Source: Octopus vulgaris (lineage: Eukaryota). Taken from it: 64,000 bases of DNA. Where the stretch lies: NCBI GenBank assembly GCA_951406725.2, contig OX597829.1, positions 48,546,001 to 48,610,000 on the forward strand, written 5' to 3'. Under the pieces are notes generated by a model. It was not told where the DNA came from. It did no database searches and saw only the letters and a list, made by a program, of their open reading frames with translations. The position numbers were made by a program, and so were the translations under genes. This document shows positions 22,892-37,130 of the stretch, in pieces. How positions within the stretch are numbered: the stretch's first letter is position 1; the number at the start of each line of letters is the position of its first letter.

Positions 22892-23489
22892 CTGTAATAT
22901 ATCAAATAAAAGTGCATGCAATCAGATCCTTTGGCAATTCTTTGCTCGTTAGACCCATGTTAATGAATTCCTTAATTTTCTATATTTAATAATTCCTTTT
23001 TATTTATCTAATCACATGCTATGACGCATTTTATTAATTTAATTGCAGGCAACAATGAATTTCATTAATTTAACAACATGCAGTTGCACACCTTAACGAG
23101 TTCAACAACATGCAATAATGTGTTTTAATAATTTGCCAGCATGCAATTATAACAAAAGGAAATAACACTCCATGCATGCATGTATGAATGTAAGCGCATG
23201 CGTGCGCACGTGTGTGTGTGTGTATTTATGTATGTGTATATGTAAGTATGTATACATGTATGTATGTATGTTTGTGTTTATATGCATACATACATCTCTG
23301 AATTTATAAGTATATGAAATACATTTTCTGGTGTGAAAACATGTGTTTGGAAAATTGTCAAGAGAAGCAAGTGATGTTGTGCAATAATTAATGTTTGAAA
23401 ACATTATTTAATTGATTGCTTATTTTATAAATAAAGAACTTAAGAGTTTGTCTACTTGGCGTAAAGTATGGAGTTCATAAATTATTATG

Positions 23490-23728
23490 TATTTATTTCT
23501 TTATTGTCCACAAAGGGTTTAAACATAGAGGGGACAAACAAGGACAGACAAAGGGATTAAGTCAATTATATCGACCCCAGTGTGTAACTGGTACTTAATT
23601 TATCGACCCCGAAAGGATGAAAGGCAAAGTCAACCTCTGCGGAATTTGAACTCAGAACGTAATGGCAGACGAAATACTGCTAAGCATTTCACCTGGCGTG
23701 CTAACGATTCTGCCAGCTTGCCACCTTA
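23490..23728 (-). mobile_element. Monomeric CORE-like SINE
   Basis: Single body of the same family as 18711 and 20032. Further partial copies near 58986-59200(+), 62930-63150(-) and 63165-63381(-). Confidence 0.8.
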
Positions 23729-23981
23729 AATTATTATATATTTGATTATTAACACATTAACTGCCACGTGTATACCACCAGTGGTTCATTGCAAACTTCA
23801 CACCACTGCCATACTCCACCACTGGTCATACATTTTCATAATTTGAGAAAATATTTTATTCTGTATCTTTGACATAGTTTTGAGGATATTTCAGTAACAT
23901 GAGTGCTAAACATTAAAGTTTAATTATTAAATATTGTAAAAATGCAAAACAAAATTTATTTCTTTGTAAGTAAACAGTATA

Positions 23982-24119
23982 CAGTAATCCATTGCTATAT
24001 CGCGGTTCACCTATCGCGGTTCACCTATCGCGGTTCACCTATCGCGGTTCACCTATCGCGGTTCACCTATCGCGGTTCACCTATCGCGGTTCACCTATCG
24101 CGGTTCACATATCGCGGTT
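23982..24119 (+). repeat. pogo/Tigger-like transposon end with an amplified 14-bp repeat (TATCGCGGTTCACC) x9
   Basis: TA-CAGTAATCC start, then TATCGCGGTT cores at 14-bp spacing from 23998 to 24110. Confidence 0.8.
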
Positions 24120-24213
24120 TATTATCTAAGCTTACACTGATTCCTCAATGGTGTTGTTTTGCATTTATAATAAAATAAACATATACAAATTATGAAAATA
24201 ATAAAAAAAAGAT

Positions 24214-24613
24214 GAGTAGCTGTGTGGTAAGTAGCTTGCTAACCAGCCACATGGTTCCGGGTTCAGTCCCACTGCGTGGCATCTTGGGCAAGTGTCTTCT
24301 ACTATAGCCTCGGGCCGACCAATGCCTTGTGAGTGGATTTGGTAGACGGAAACTGAAAGAAGCCTGTCGTATATATGTATATATATATATATATATATGC
24401 GTGTGTGTGTTTGTGTGTCTGTGTTTGTTCCCCTAGCATTGCTTGACAACCGATGCTGGTGTGTTTACGTCCCCGTCACTTAGCGGTTCGGCAAAAGAGA
24501 CTGATAGAATAAGTACTGGGCTTACAAAAAATAAGTCCCGGGGTCGATTTGCTCGACTAAAAGGCGGTGCTGCAGCATGGCCGCAGTCAAATGACTGAAA
24601 CAAGTAAAGAGAG
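24214..24613 (+). mobile_element. tRNA-derived SINE (major family: tRNA-like head, (TA)n(TG)n middle, GTAAAAGA tail)
   Basis: A-box-like TGGCTGTGTGG (TAGCTGTGTGG in this copy) and B-box-like GGTTCAGTCC. Near-identical full copies at 35716-36161(+), 36443-36862(-), 38440-38903(-), 42637-43057(+), 53170-53586(-), 54247-54656(+) and 55179-55594(+), plus many partial copies. Confidence 0.9.
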
Positions 24614-25362
24614 AGGTAGACTGTCAGAATGATGCAGACGCCTCTGATGTACCCCAATAAGGCTCGAAAATCAATTAAGGTTGTTCATCATTATTTTAAA
24701 TGGTGGTGCATCAGCATGGCCACAGCTCTGAGCTGAAACTAGAGAAAATATTAAAAAAAAACGTACAGTACTGTTTCTATTTCTTGGATTTTCACCTATT
24801 GTGGGCGCCTCGACTGGCTTCCGTGCCGGTGGCACGTAAAATACACCAATCCGACCGTGGCCGTTGCCAGCCGCGCCTGGCACCTGTGCAGGTGGCACGT
24901 AAAAAGCACCCACTACACTCACGGAGTGGTTGGCGTTAGGAAGGGCATCCAGCTGAAGAAACACTGCCAGATCAGACTGGAGCCTGGTGCAGCCTTCTGG
25001 CTTTCCAGATCCCCGGTCGAACCGTCCAACCCATGCTAGCATGGAGAACGGATGTTAAACGATGATGATGATGATGATGATGTGGGGGGTTTTGGAACTC
25101 AACATCCAAAATTGTTGAGGGATTACTGTACAGTGTGACCAGAAAGATGTGGCATCACCGGTAAGTTCCAGTAACAGTCTGTGGCAGTTAATGTGCTACG
25201 GAGGTGAGCTGTCAGAGTTGCCAACACATTGCTTAGTAGCCTTTCATCCACTTTTACATTCTGCATTCAAATTCTACCAAGGTTGACTTAGCCTTTCGTC
25301 CTATCGTAGTTGATAAAATAAGTAAGTATCTGTTGAGCACAGAAGTTGATGTAATTGACTAG

Positions 25363-25666
25363 TTTGCTCCTTCTCGAGCCATGCCTGGCTCGTAAGGGCC
25401 GGTTTCCCAGTCACCTTGGCGTATAGGTTCCCCACCTGGATGGGACGCCAGTTCATTGCAGGCGAGCTGCAAGATGCAGGAGGAAAGAGTGAGGGAAAGT
25501 TGTGGCAAAAGAGTCAACAGAAGTTCGCCATTACCTTCTGCCGGAGCCACGTTGAACTTAGGTGTTTTGCTCATAAATACACACATCGCTTCGTCTGAGA
25601 TTCGAACCCGCGATCCCTCGACGGTGAGTCCGCTGCTCTAACCACTAGGTTATGTGCCTCCACAGA
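25363..25666 (-). mobile_element. tRNA-derived SINE (second family)
   Basis: Minus strand reads GTGGAGGC...CTAGTGGTTAGAGCAGCGGACTC...GGTTCGAATC. TSD TAATTGACTAG at 25352-25362 and 25667-25677. Confidence 0.85.
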
Positions 25667-25991
25667 TAATTGACTAGACAACCTCCTTACAGAATTCCAG
25701 GCCTTGTGCTTACAATGGTAAAGATTATATTTTGGTTTCTAGAACATAAGTAAATGAATTACAATATGTGTTATTATGGCTTGAAGTTAAACAACAAAAA
25801 CAATACCTTATGAATTGCTAATTATGGAGGTTCGTTTTAAATGATACATTAAAGGTTGTAATGTAAATTGCTTTAATCAGAAAAGAATTATGTTTATATT
25901 ATTTATATATATATTATTATTTTTTTTTTTTATTTAATCACTGATTATGATTATCTGTAAACAATGTTATTCAAATTTATTTGGCTTAGGC

Positions 25992-26509
25992 CATTCATGG
26001 AGACTCTTCAGATATAAGTTTTACAGAAAAATTTCTTTGCTTTTACAGAAAATTTCTCTGCCTTTTATACAAATTGAAAAGAGGAAGTTTTGTTTTGTTT
26101 AGATAAGGAGAAAAAAAGAGATTGAAAAGAAAGGAGAAGAGGAAGAGGGAGAGGACAGAAAAGGAGAAGAGGAAGGAGAAAGAAAGAAAGGATGTATTTG
26201 GGGATGGTTTGTGATTAACAGGTAGCTGATGGTTAATGACATTTCAAGATGTCAATTTTGTTTTTTAAGAGAAAAACAAAATTGATATCTTGAAATGTCA
26301 ATAACCATCAGTTACCTGTTAATCACAGACCATCCCCAAATACATTCTTTCTTTCTTTCTCTTCTCTTTTTTGTCCTCTCTATCTTTTCTCCTCCCTTCT
26401 TTTCTCTTTCTCCTTTTCTAAACGAAACAAAACAACTTCCTCTTTTCAATTTGTATAAAAGGCAAAGAAATTTTCTGGAAAAATTACACCTAAAGAATCT
26501 CCATGAATG
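25992..26509. repeat. About 520-bp imperfect palindrome with almost no spacer
   Basis: CATTCATGGAGA...GACATTTCAAGATGTCAATTTTGTTTTT is mirrored by AAAAACAAAATTGATATCTTGAAATGTC...TCTCCATGAATG, centred near 26268. Confidence 0.85.
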
Positions 26510-26598
26510 TGACACGAAAGGTGCTTATAAAGAATTATCCAAAATTCCTACTATATATATATATATATATACTACTATATATACTACTATATAATTCC

Positions 26599-26634
<36 letters not shown>

Positions 26635-26909
26635 TAGCGTCGCCTGACTGGGGTCTGTGTCAGTGACATGTAAAAGCACCAACCAATTGTGGCCGTTTGC
26701 CGGCCTGCGCTGGCTCCTGTGCCGGTGGCATGTAAAAAACACCCACTACACCTACGGAGTGGTTGGTGTTAGGAAGGGCATCCAGGTGTAGAAACACTGC
26801 CAGATCAGACTAGAGCCTGGTGCAGCCTCCATGGCTTACCAGACCCCGGTCGAACTGTCCAACCCGTACTAGCATGGAGAACAGACGTTAAATGATGATG
26901 ATGATGATG

Positions 26910-26944
<35 letters not shown>

Positions 26945-27119
26945 GTAAAGAAAAATAAGTTGGCTAGCAGCGAGCTGTTTCGCCTCATACCGAAGGAATT
27001 AGAAATGGCAGTCAAAGACCGTTTTTTCCATTTCTATAAGTGGAGATTCCAAAAACGAAGGCCCTTGCGGCTCACATACACAAAACCGGAGTGGCAAATA
27101 TACGAATTCAGTCACTTAC

Positions 27120-27260
27120 CGTTAATAGCGAACACGGTGTTTCTGGATCACAAACATATAAAAAAAGGGGAGTTTGAATTCCTTCTTCAGCGCTATATTC
27201 GTTAGCTTTATCAAATGCCACCAGCCCTCACTTCTGACCCAGCGACATCAGATAGTGGGG
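27120..27260 (-). other. Candidate non-coding first exon of a minus-strand gene
   Basis: Consensus donor CG|GTAAGT on the minus strand at 27120/27119. CpG-containing unique sequence with only short uORFs (MSLGQK*, MFVIQKHRVRY*). Confidence 0.4.
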
Positions 27261-27350
27261 GGAAGTGCGCAGATGCTAAAACCAAGTAACGACTGGGAAC
27301 GTAAATTTTCCCTCCAAAATTCTGCCATGCGCGCCTTCCGGGTAATCGTA
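27255..27350. promoter_or_regulatory. Candidate (bidirectional) housekeeping promoter
   Basis: CpG-retaining island with ETS-type GGAAGT (about 27261) and CTTCCGG (about 27335), NRF1-like TGCGCA/ATGCGCGC, and GCCAT. It lies between the minus-strand exon candidate and the plus-strand ABHD11-like exon. Confidence 0.35.
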
Positions 27351-27527
27351 ATGGAATGAGGAATCCACATGGTAATACAATAAAAATGGTAAATAATTTT
27401 CCTGTGGTTTTTCATGTAACCAACAATTATTTACCGGTAAATTTCGGTATGTAAATACGACAAAATAATTGTCAAGACATATATATATGTGTGTGTGCAT
27501 GTGTGTGTGTGTGTAATCATATATATA

Positions 27528-28389
27528 TCTTACATATTAAAACTGAAAATGTGTGTGTATTGGTATGTCTTCATTTTGCGCCAAAACAGCCCGACCGATT
27601 TTTCTTTAACTTTACACACACTTTGCTTATGTGTCTGGGGAGGTTTTAAGTATAAATTGATTTCAAAAAAATGTTCAAGTAAACGGTGGAAGGAAGAAAA
27701 TTTGTCGCGGTTGAATGTCAGGTGTAATTATTTTTAAGCTTCCAAGGGAAATAATCCATTCCCTCCTTCATAAATTATTTGGTAAAAATGAATTTGTGTA
27801 TACTTATATCTTAGTATTTGAACTATTTTAGTTATTTTCTCAATTTATCCAATACAATGCTTAAACAAGTTAATAGTATTCTCCTAAACAATAGATCCAC
27901 TTATTTTGGTTAGTGACTTATTCACGAATATACCAACATTAGTGCTGCTGAGGGTACTATTCTCTGCGAATGCACAAAAGCTTTATTCAGAGTTATTTAC
28001 TTTGAATTGTTATTATCTCATATCTGATTAGCCTGTTATTACATAACATGTTTCACGATTTTGATATACATACCTTATTAGTATTTCCTCCTATGTTCTA
28101 TATACTCTGGGAACATATTTTCGGGGCTACTTTATTTGAATTCTTACTATAGGGTAACTAATTTCATGTTATTACATAACTGACTTCACAATTTGGGTAT
28201 TCGTAACTTATTGGAAATTCCTAAAAACAACATCCTTTGTAAGACAGTCGGTATTCTCAATAAGTACACAAAAGCCATTTTAAGGGCTACATACTTTGTA
28301 TTGTTGTTACTGGATTAGCAAAACTATTATGAGGATGGAACCAAGGGATAAGCCCCGCTTTCCCGGGAATTACCCGGCATGTCACCTGG
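27528..28389 (+). mobile_element. Non-autonomous Helitron
   Basis: A|TC 5' end, subterminal hairpin CCGGGAATTACCCGG, CTGG|T 3' end, and internal subrepeats TGTTATTACATAAC. Confidence 0.6.
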
Positions 28390-28414
28390 TATAAATATAT
28401 ATATGTATATACAT

Positions 28415-28471
<57 letters not shown>

Positions 28472-28507
28472 TATATATATGTGTGTGTGTGTGTGTATAT
28501 ATATATT

Positions 28508-28932
28508 TATATGCTTTCAGTGCAAATGGTTTTGTTATATGGCACCAGGTTTTACAATCCTCTAAATAATAATAATGGTATTTTTATATAAGCTTAAAGC
28601 TTATGGCGATCACTGTGCAATGACTCAGGAAAATAGTCTAATAAAAGGGGTATATAAGCCCTCGACAGAAAAAAGAGGGCTTTGCCATCCATATGTAAAG
28701 GTAACACACTTAGTCATGTTAACAAAGGGATGTGGGTTCGTGTGCCATGCAGATGGGAAAGTCTTCTTTTTTCTGTTGGGGCTTATATGCCCAGTTATTA
28801 GACTATTATCCTTAGTCATTGCACAACGAACAGCATAAGCTTTAGGCTTATATAAAAATACCATTATCATTATTTACAGGATTGTAAAATACGGCACCAT
28901 ATAATAAAGCCATTTGCACCGAAAACATATAT
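28508..28932. mobile_element. Palindromic MITE with about 180-bp arms
   Basis: GTGCAAATGG...TTTTACAATCCT...GGTATTTTTATATAAGC is mirrored by GCTTATATAAAAATACC...AGGATTGTAAAA...CCATTTGCAC. Confidence 0.8.
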
Positions 28933-29022
28933 GCTTATTATAGCCTCAGGCCGACCAAAACCTTGTGAATGGATTTCGTACTCAGAAACTGAAAGAAGAC
29001 TGTTGTATATATGTGTATATTT

Positions 29023-29058
<36 letters not shown>

Positions 29059-29558
29059 CTTGTGTTTGTACCCCTACCATTGCTTGACAACTGATGTTTC
29101 TGTGTTTATATTCCTGTAACTTAGCAGTTTGGTAAAAGACACTGACAGAATGAGTACTAGACTTACAAAGAATAAATCCTGTGGCTGCAGTCACATGACT
29201 GAAACAAGTAAAGCAATAAAAAATCTATGCATTTTAATCCCAAGCAAGGCCGGGTATCTCACACTGAGGACGGATAAGATCCAGAAACCTAGGTCTGTGA
29301 GTATCACGTAAGGTTAGATCTTGGAGCGATGGCCTCCCTTGCAAATGCTCTACGGGCACAAACTGTGTGTCGATAGCCAGCTGGAAAAAACGTTTTCCTA
29401 GGGGCTAAAACAACAGTAACATCCTCCTTTATAGGACTGCCACATTCTGTTGGCATATAAACATTCTTATTCGGTACTGTTACCGTATATCTCTCGCTCG
29501 GAGATTTAAAGCAAATTTGTTATATATACTGTTGCACACACACACACACACACACACA

Positions 29559-29629
<71 letters not shown>

Positions 29630-29695
29630 CATGTACAGACATATACATATATATGTGTATATGTATATATTTGTACATATGTATGTATATATATG

Positions 29696-29733
<38 letters not shown>

Positions 29734-29885
29734 CACACACATATATATATGTATATATATATGTGTGTGTGTATGTATATACACATGCACATGTTATGTG
29801 ACATATATATTTGAAAGTTTTCTCAGATATATCACTTTGCTTGTACTGCTATTGCTGTTGCTTCTACTGTTGTTGTTGTTGTTGT

Positions 29886-29917
<32 letters not shown>

Positions 29918-32239
29918 TTTACATCATACTGTCAAATCTAATTTCAGTTCTCCATCTCAAATTATTCAATCCATGTTACAAAGATAGCGTTTCTTTATAT
30001 GATATGTCAAATTTTGTATATCTAGGAAATAATCTTTCCGCAAGATTGCGAGATTTCTCTGTAGAGCGTCTATATATGTGTGTGTGTGTATGTGTCTGCA
30101 TGTGTGCATGTGGTGTGTATGTATGTGGTATGTATTTATCTGTATGTGGTGTGTATGTGTATGTATATGCGTATGTATGAGTGAATGTGTATACGCATGT
30201 ATGAATGTGTGTATATGCATTGGTATGTTTGTGTGAGTGTGTGTATATGTTTGAGTGTATGTATGTATGTATGTGTATAGGAATATGTATGTTTGTGTAC
30301 ACATGTGCATGTGTGTTAGTGCATGTGTTTGTGTGTGTCTGTGCTTTTTACTTGCATGTATGTATATATGTGTGTGTGTGTGTGTACATATATATCTGCA
30401 TGTACATGTATGATGTGTGCACATGTGCAGAGTATGCATGTCTGTGGATGTGTATCTATGTATGTATGTGTATGTATGGATGAATGTGTGTGTGTATATG
30501 TGTATGTATTTGTCTGCATGTATATGTGCGATGTATGTAGGTAATTTTTACTTTTATGTATGTATGCATTCTTTTGTGAATTTTGTGTGCGTGTGTGTGT
30601 ATATTTATATGATATATGTGTGTGTGTGTTTGTGTACATACAACAGGCTTCTTTCAGTTTCCATCTACCAAATCCACTCAATAAGGCTTTGGTTGGCTTG
30701 AGGCTATAGTAGAAGACACTTGCCCAAGATGCCATGCAGTGGGACTGAACCTGGAACCATGTGGTTGGGATGTAAAATTCTTAACACACAACCATGTGTG
30801 CTCCCTAATAGAAATAGCCTCCAAATCTCCCTCCAATTCCAATGTATCATTGCTTTTGCTCTTTTACTGGTTTCAGTCATTTGACTGTGGCCGTGCTGGG
30901 GCACCATCTTGAAGTGTTCAGTTGGTTAGATTGAACCTAGAACTCATTTTAAGCCTTTTTACTTATTCTGTCAATCTCTTTTGTTGAATTGCTAAGTTTG
31001 TGATGTAAACAAATCGGCATTGGTTGTCAAGCTGTGAGAGAAAAAGAGACAAACACAAAGATACTCAGATAAACATAGTTTACTCTTCTGTTAAGATCAT
31101 CAAAATAAGATACTCCATCTAGTGAGAAATGAATATCATTTAATGTTAGCAGAATAGTGTCCTCTTTCCTGTACTTCTCTCCCCTCTCTCTCTTTCTTTC
31201 ACTCTCTCTCTTCCTCTCACTCTCTCTCTCCCTCTTCCTCTCCCTTTCTTTGTCTTCTCTCTCTCCTTCTCTCTCTTCTCTCTTTCTCTTGGCCAGTTAA
31301 CCATGTACTTCCTCTATAGCAAGACACCTGTTTCTGCCTTTCTATCACACTCTAATCTTTCATCATTTGACACAAGATCACATCCTCCAATGCTCTGTCC
31401 CCTCTCAAAAAACCTTGTCTTGCAAGTTACTTGGTGACCCTGTAGGGGCTTGTGCCATGTAAAAAGAAGAACTGCACCAGGCTCCATTCTGTTTTCGCAT
31501 GGTTTCTACAGCTGGATGCTCTTCCTAATGCCAACCACTTCACAGGGTGCATGGGTGTTTTTTACTTGGGATCACATGAGTCCTTTTTACATGACACCAG
31601 CACAGGATTCTTGCAGGCCAATCCTCCCCCCCCCCCCAGGAGGAGCGGCCTTAACACTTCTACAGTCGAGGATGGGTCTTCTTGAGTACAACAAGGCACT
31701 CAGCATCTCAGTCCTTTGTCATCTCTTCAAAAAGGTTCAGTGTCCTGAGGTCGTCCTTCAGTACTTCATTCCATGTACTTCATCCTTCAATACTTCATCC
31801 CTGGGTCTCCCTCTTCCATGTTTACCATGTACTTTGAGAGATCTGCACTTCTTTATGGAGCTGTTGGCATCTATCTGCATCACATGACAAAACCAGTGCA
31901 GTTTTTCCTTGCACACTGCATCCAATACCTCTTATGCTTAGCTTTTAAAGAAATTATTGGAAAAAAATAAACCTCAACTATGAAAGCATGTGATATATAG
32001 AACAAAAGAAAAAAAAGTATTAGCCTTCTTCAGCTTTCATGCTAAGGATTCTGGAAGTTTTGATTCCCAGGGACAGAACTGCATGCTTTTGTGGCATCAA
32101 GAACCACTGGATAGACATAGTTGTTAGGAAATTGTTGCAGTGGAGACGAGTCTCAAAAAATGGTGTATGTATTTAATGAAGCCACAGTAACTTGGATGAC
32201 GAAGTGGTAGGAACAGGGAAAAGATGCATCCCCCATCCC

Positions 32240-33410
<1,171 letters not shown>

Positions 33411-34222
33411 TGTAAATGTACTCTACACACCCATGGACACACACACATGCGCGTACACAGGCACACGCTCATAAACATATATGCACGTATATAAATTGCT
33501 CTGGAAGCACCATAAATCTTGAAGCATGCACTAGTTAAATTAATTTAAGACAAAACATGTTCGTGAAATTTCAAGGAAAGCAGAAATCCGAGAAAAAAAG
33601 AAATATTGAAAAAAAAATAAAAAAGGAAAATTAATTGTTGGTTAGAACCATTGCCATTTCGTGAATGTATTTCTAATAAAACATGCTAACTACGGATTTC
33701 AATTAATTTTGGAAAATTACTATTATAATTAATGGATAATTTGGAGAGGTTTAGTAAAGGAACTAATTCTTCTGGAAAACAGTCATGCAGTATAACAGCA
33801 AATGTTAAATGTGTGGTCTTTCATTTATAAGAATAAGATATTCACATGTGGGCTGGCATTGAAAAAGGTTAGGCCGTGTAGTAAAAATCTTGCTTCCCAA
33901 CCACAGGGTTCCAGGTTCAGTCCTACTGCACGGTACCTTGAACAATTATCTTCTACTATAGCCCTGTGCTGATCAAAGCCTTGTGAGCAGATATAGTAGA
34001 TGGAAACTGAAAGAAGCCTGTCATATTTGTTTATATAGGTATGTGTGTGTGTGTTCGTATATATATATATATATATATATATGAAAGAATGGAGTTGAAC
34101 GACGAATTAACAAAATTCCTTTATTTTCGACATATGTTTCGAAGTGTCTTCTCTGATGTGAATTTGCTACTTAGGTATCGGTTAACCGAATTATCCATAA
34201 CAAGATAATTCATTCAACTACT

Positions 34223-34299
<77 letters not shown>

Positions 34300-34699
34300 A
34301 TGTGGAGGTGCATGGCCTAGTGGTTAAGTTGTACTCATGTTTGTGAGATTGTGGTTTCAGTTCCTAGACTGGGTGGTGTGTTGTGTTCTTGAGCAAAACA
34401 CTTCATCTCACATTGCTCTGCAATCACTTTGACACCTGACGCGTAGTACACCTGTGTGCACCTGTTCAGACAACGTCGATTTGATGGAAGGAGTGGGCTA
34501 ATGTGCGGCACGAACATTTGATCGCAACACTCTTGCATCATCTTTGACAGGAGACTCCATCATGTATGTGTGTGTCTTTGTGCTTGTGTTTGCCTCCCGC
34601 CACTGTTGGTTTGTTTATGTTCCCAAAACTATGCAGTTCAGCTAAAAAAGATTGAAGGGATAAGTACCAGGCTTAAATGACCTTATATATGGCAAAGCT

Positions 34700-35892
34700 T
34701 CTGCCATTGTACAGATTCTTGGGGTTAAAAACTAAATGAAAACAAGAAACGAATTACTGTAGTGGGGAAGAAGATTTAAGAACCAAATTGAACAGCTTAA
34801 GTGAGACCTTGGATTGATATTTGCAAGCAAAGGAAAGAAGAGGTTGATATGAACTGCAAAGAACTGCAATGTCATTAAAGAAAAATTATGACAAAAAAAT
34901 TAGGTCGGGGAGTGGAGTGTCTTTCCAGTTTCATATTTTTTAAGAGTCTAGAAAATTCTATAAAAAGACTGAATGAGGAAAAAGAGCATCAGGGGAATGA
35001 TATGCCAGATGCTGAAGAAACAAGCTGATTGGTTGTTGGAATTAAAATGGAAAATGAAAGTCAGAGCAACATAAGAAACTATAATAATCATGGATAAGAA
35101 AATGAAAGAGATCATCATCATCATCATCATCATTTAGCGTCCGTTTTCCATGCTAGCATGGGTTGGATGGTTCAACTGGGGTCTGTGAAGCCAGAAGGCT
35201 GCATCAGGCCCAGTCTGATCTGGCAGTGTTTCTACTGCTGGATGCCCTTCCTAACGCCAACCACTCCGTGAGTGTAGTGGGTGCTTTTTACGTGCCACCC
35301 GCACAGGTGCCAGACAGAGCTGGCAAACGGCCACGAACGGATGGTGCTTTTTACATGTCACCGGCACGGGGGCCAGGCGAGGCTGGCAACGGACACGAAC
35401 GGATGGTGCTTTTACATGCCACCGGCACGGAGGCCAGACGGGGCGGCGCCGGCAACGACCACGATCGGATGGTTCGCTTAACCACAGCTGCAATTAAGAA
35501 AATACCAAACTAGGAAGCCCCACAGACCTGGTTTTTTGTTATAATTCTTCTTTAACTTCAGCTCATTCCTTAACCTCTTCTTTTCTCTGATTGCATATAT
35601 CTGTCCAAGATCTCAATTGGGCTTATTTAATTTTCTTCTCAGATCTTCATTTCCACTAACTTTGTCCTTTGTTTTCTTTCGATGATCAAGAAAATACCAA
35701 ACTGGAAAGTCCCCAGGTGCAGGAGTGGCTGTGTGGTAAGTAGTTTGCTTACCAACCACATGGTACCAGGTTCAGTCCCACTGCGTGGCACTTTGGGAAA
35801 GTGTCTTCTACTATAGCCTCGGGCCGACCAAAGCTTTGTGAGTGGATTTGGTAGACATATATATATGTCGTATATATATGTATATATATGTC

Positions 35893-35932
<40 letters not shown>

Positions 35933-37130
35933 GTGTGTGTGTGTTTTCGTGTGTCTGTGTTTGTGCCCCCAACATTGCTTGACAACCGATGCTGGTGTGT
36001 TTACGTCCCCCGTAACCTAGCGGTTCGGCAAAAGAGACTGCTAGAATAAGTACTACGTTTACAAAGAATAAGTCCTGGAGTCAATTTGCTCAACTAAAGG
36101 CGGTGCTCCAGCATAGCCGCAGTCAAATGACTGAAACAAGTAAAAGAGTAAAGAGAGTAAAGACCAGACAGTGTTCAAGGATTCTGGCTTAAAAGAAAAG
36201 TGTACACAGTCATCATATGACTGTTTTTTACTGACTGCATAGAAAATGGAATGCCAGTATGGATGACAAAAAGAAGGACAAAGGAAAGGGATAGGAAATC
36301 AGGAATTAGAACTGTTACTTGCTTATCATTATTTAGGAAACTATCAACTGGCATCATAGCCGATGAAATATGTAATTTTCTGGAAAAGGAGAATATATTG
36401 CTAAAGGAGCATAAGAGATTTAGGAATAAATCAAGGGGATCCCTTTTATTCTTTTACTTGTTTCAGTCATGTGACTGTGGCCATGCTGGAGCACAGCCTT
36501 TTGGTCGAGCAAATTGACCCCAGGACTTATTCTTTGTAAGCACAGTACTTATTCTATCGGTCTCTTTTGCCGAACTGCTAAGTTATGGGGACACTACCAT
36601 CGGTTGTCAAGCGATGTTGGGGTGTGACAAATACAGACACACAGACACACAAACATATACACACACATACATATATATATATATACATACATATATACGA
36701 TGGGCTTCTTTCAGTTTCCATCTACCAAATCCACTCACAAGGATTTGGTCGGCCTGAGGCTATAGCAGAAGACACTTGCCCAAGGTGTCACGCAGTGGGA
36801 CTGAACCCGGAACCATGTGGTTGGTAAGCAAGCTACTTACCACACAGCCACTCCTATGCCTATATCTGTAGATCTGTTGACCTGCTTTATATAAATAGTT
36901 GGATATTAAATGAGGTATGGATAAGGAGGAAGAATTTAGCTGTTGAATGGATAAATTACTGGAAGGCTTATGATAATGTCTCATGCAGTTGGTTCTTGGG
37001 GGGGGGGTCTGAGGATGCTTGGAGTCAACAAGAAGATGAACTTCAATCAATTAGATTACATATAATGAAAGGTACTAAAACTATTAACGTCAAGATTACT
37101 GAACATGAAAAGAGAAATTATGCAATGGGA
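34700..37130 (+). mobile_element. Ancient R4/Dong-like non-LTR RT remnant fragmented by later insertions
   Basis: IKKIPNWKVPG (35686-35716), then a SINE, then PDSVQGFWLKR...MPVWMT...TVTCL...GIIADEI...SRG, then a SINE, then a decayed WIDYxKAYDxVPHSW-like segment (about 36947-36995). Confidence 0.65.

Noticed and set aside
27120-27248. Selenoprotein-like reading MSLGQK-TGA-GLVAF... on the minus strand
   Set aside because: No recognisable selenoprotein motif or SECIS evidence; a uORF in a 5' UTR is the simpler explanation.
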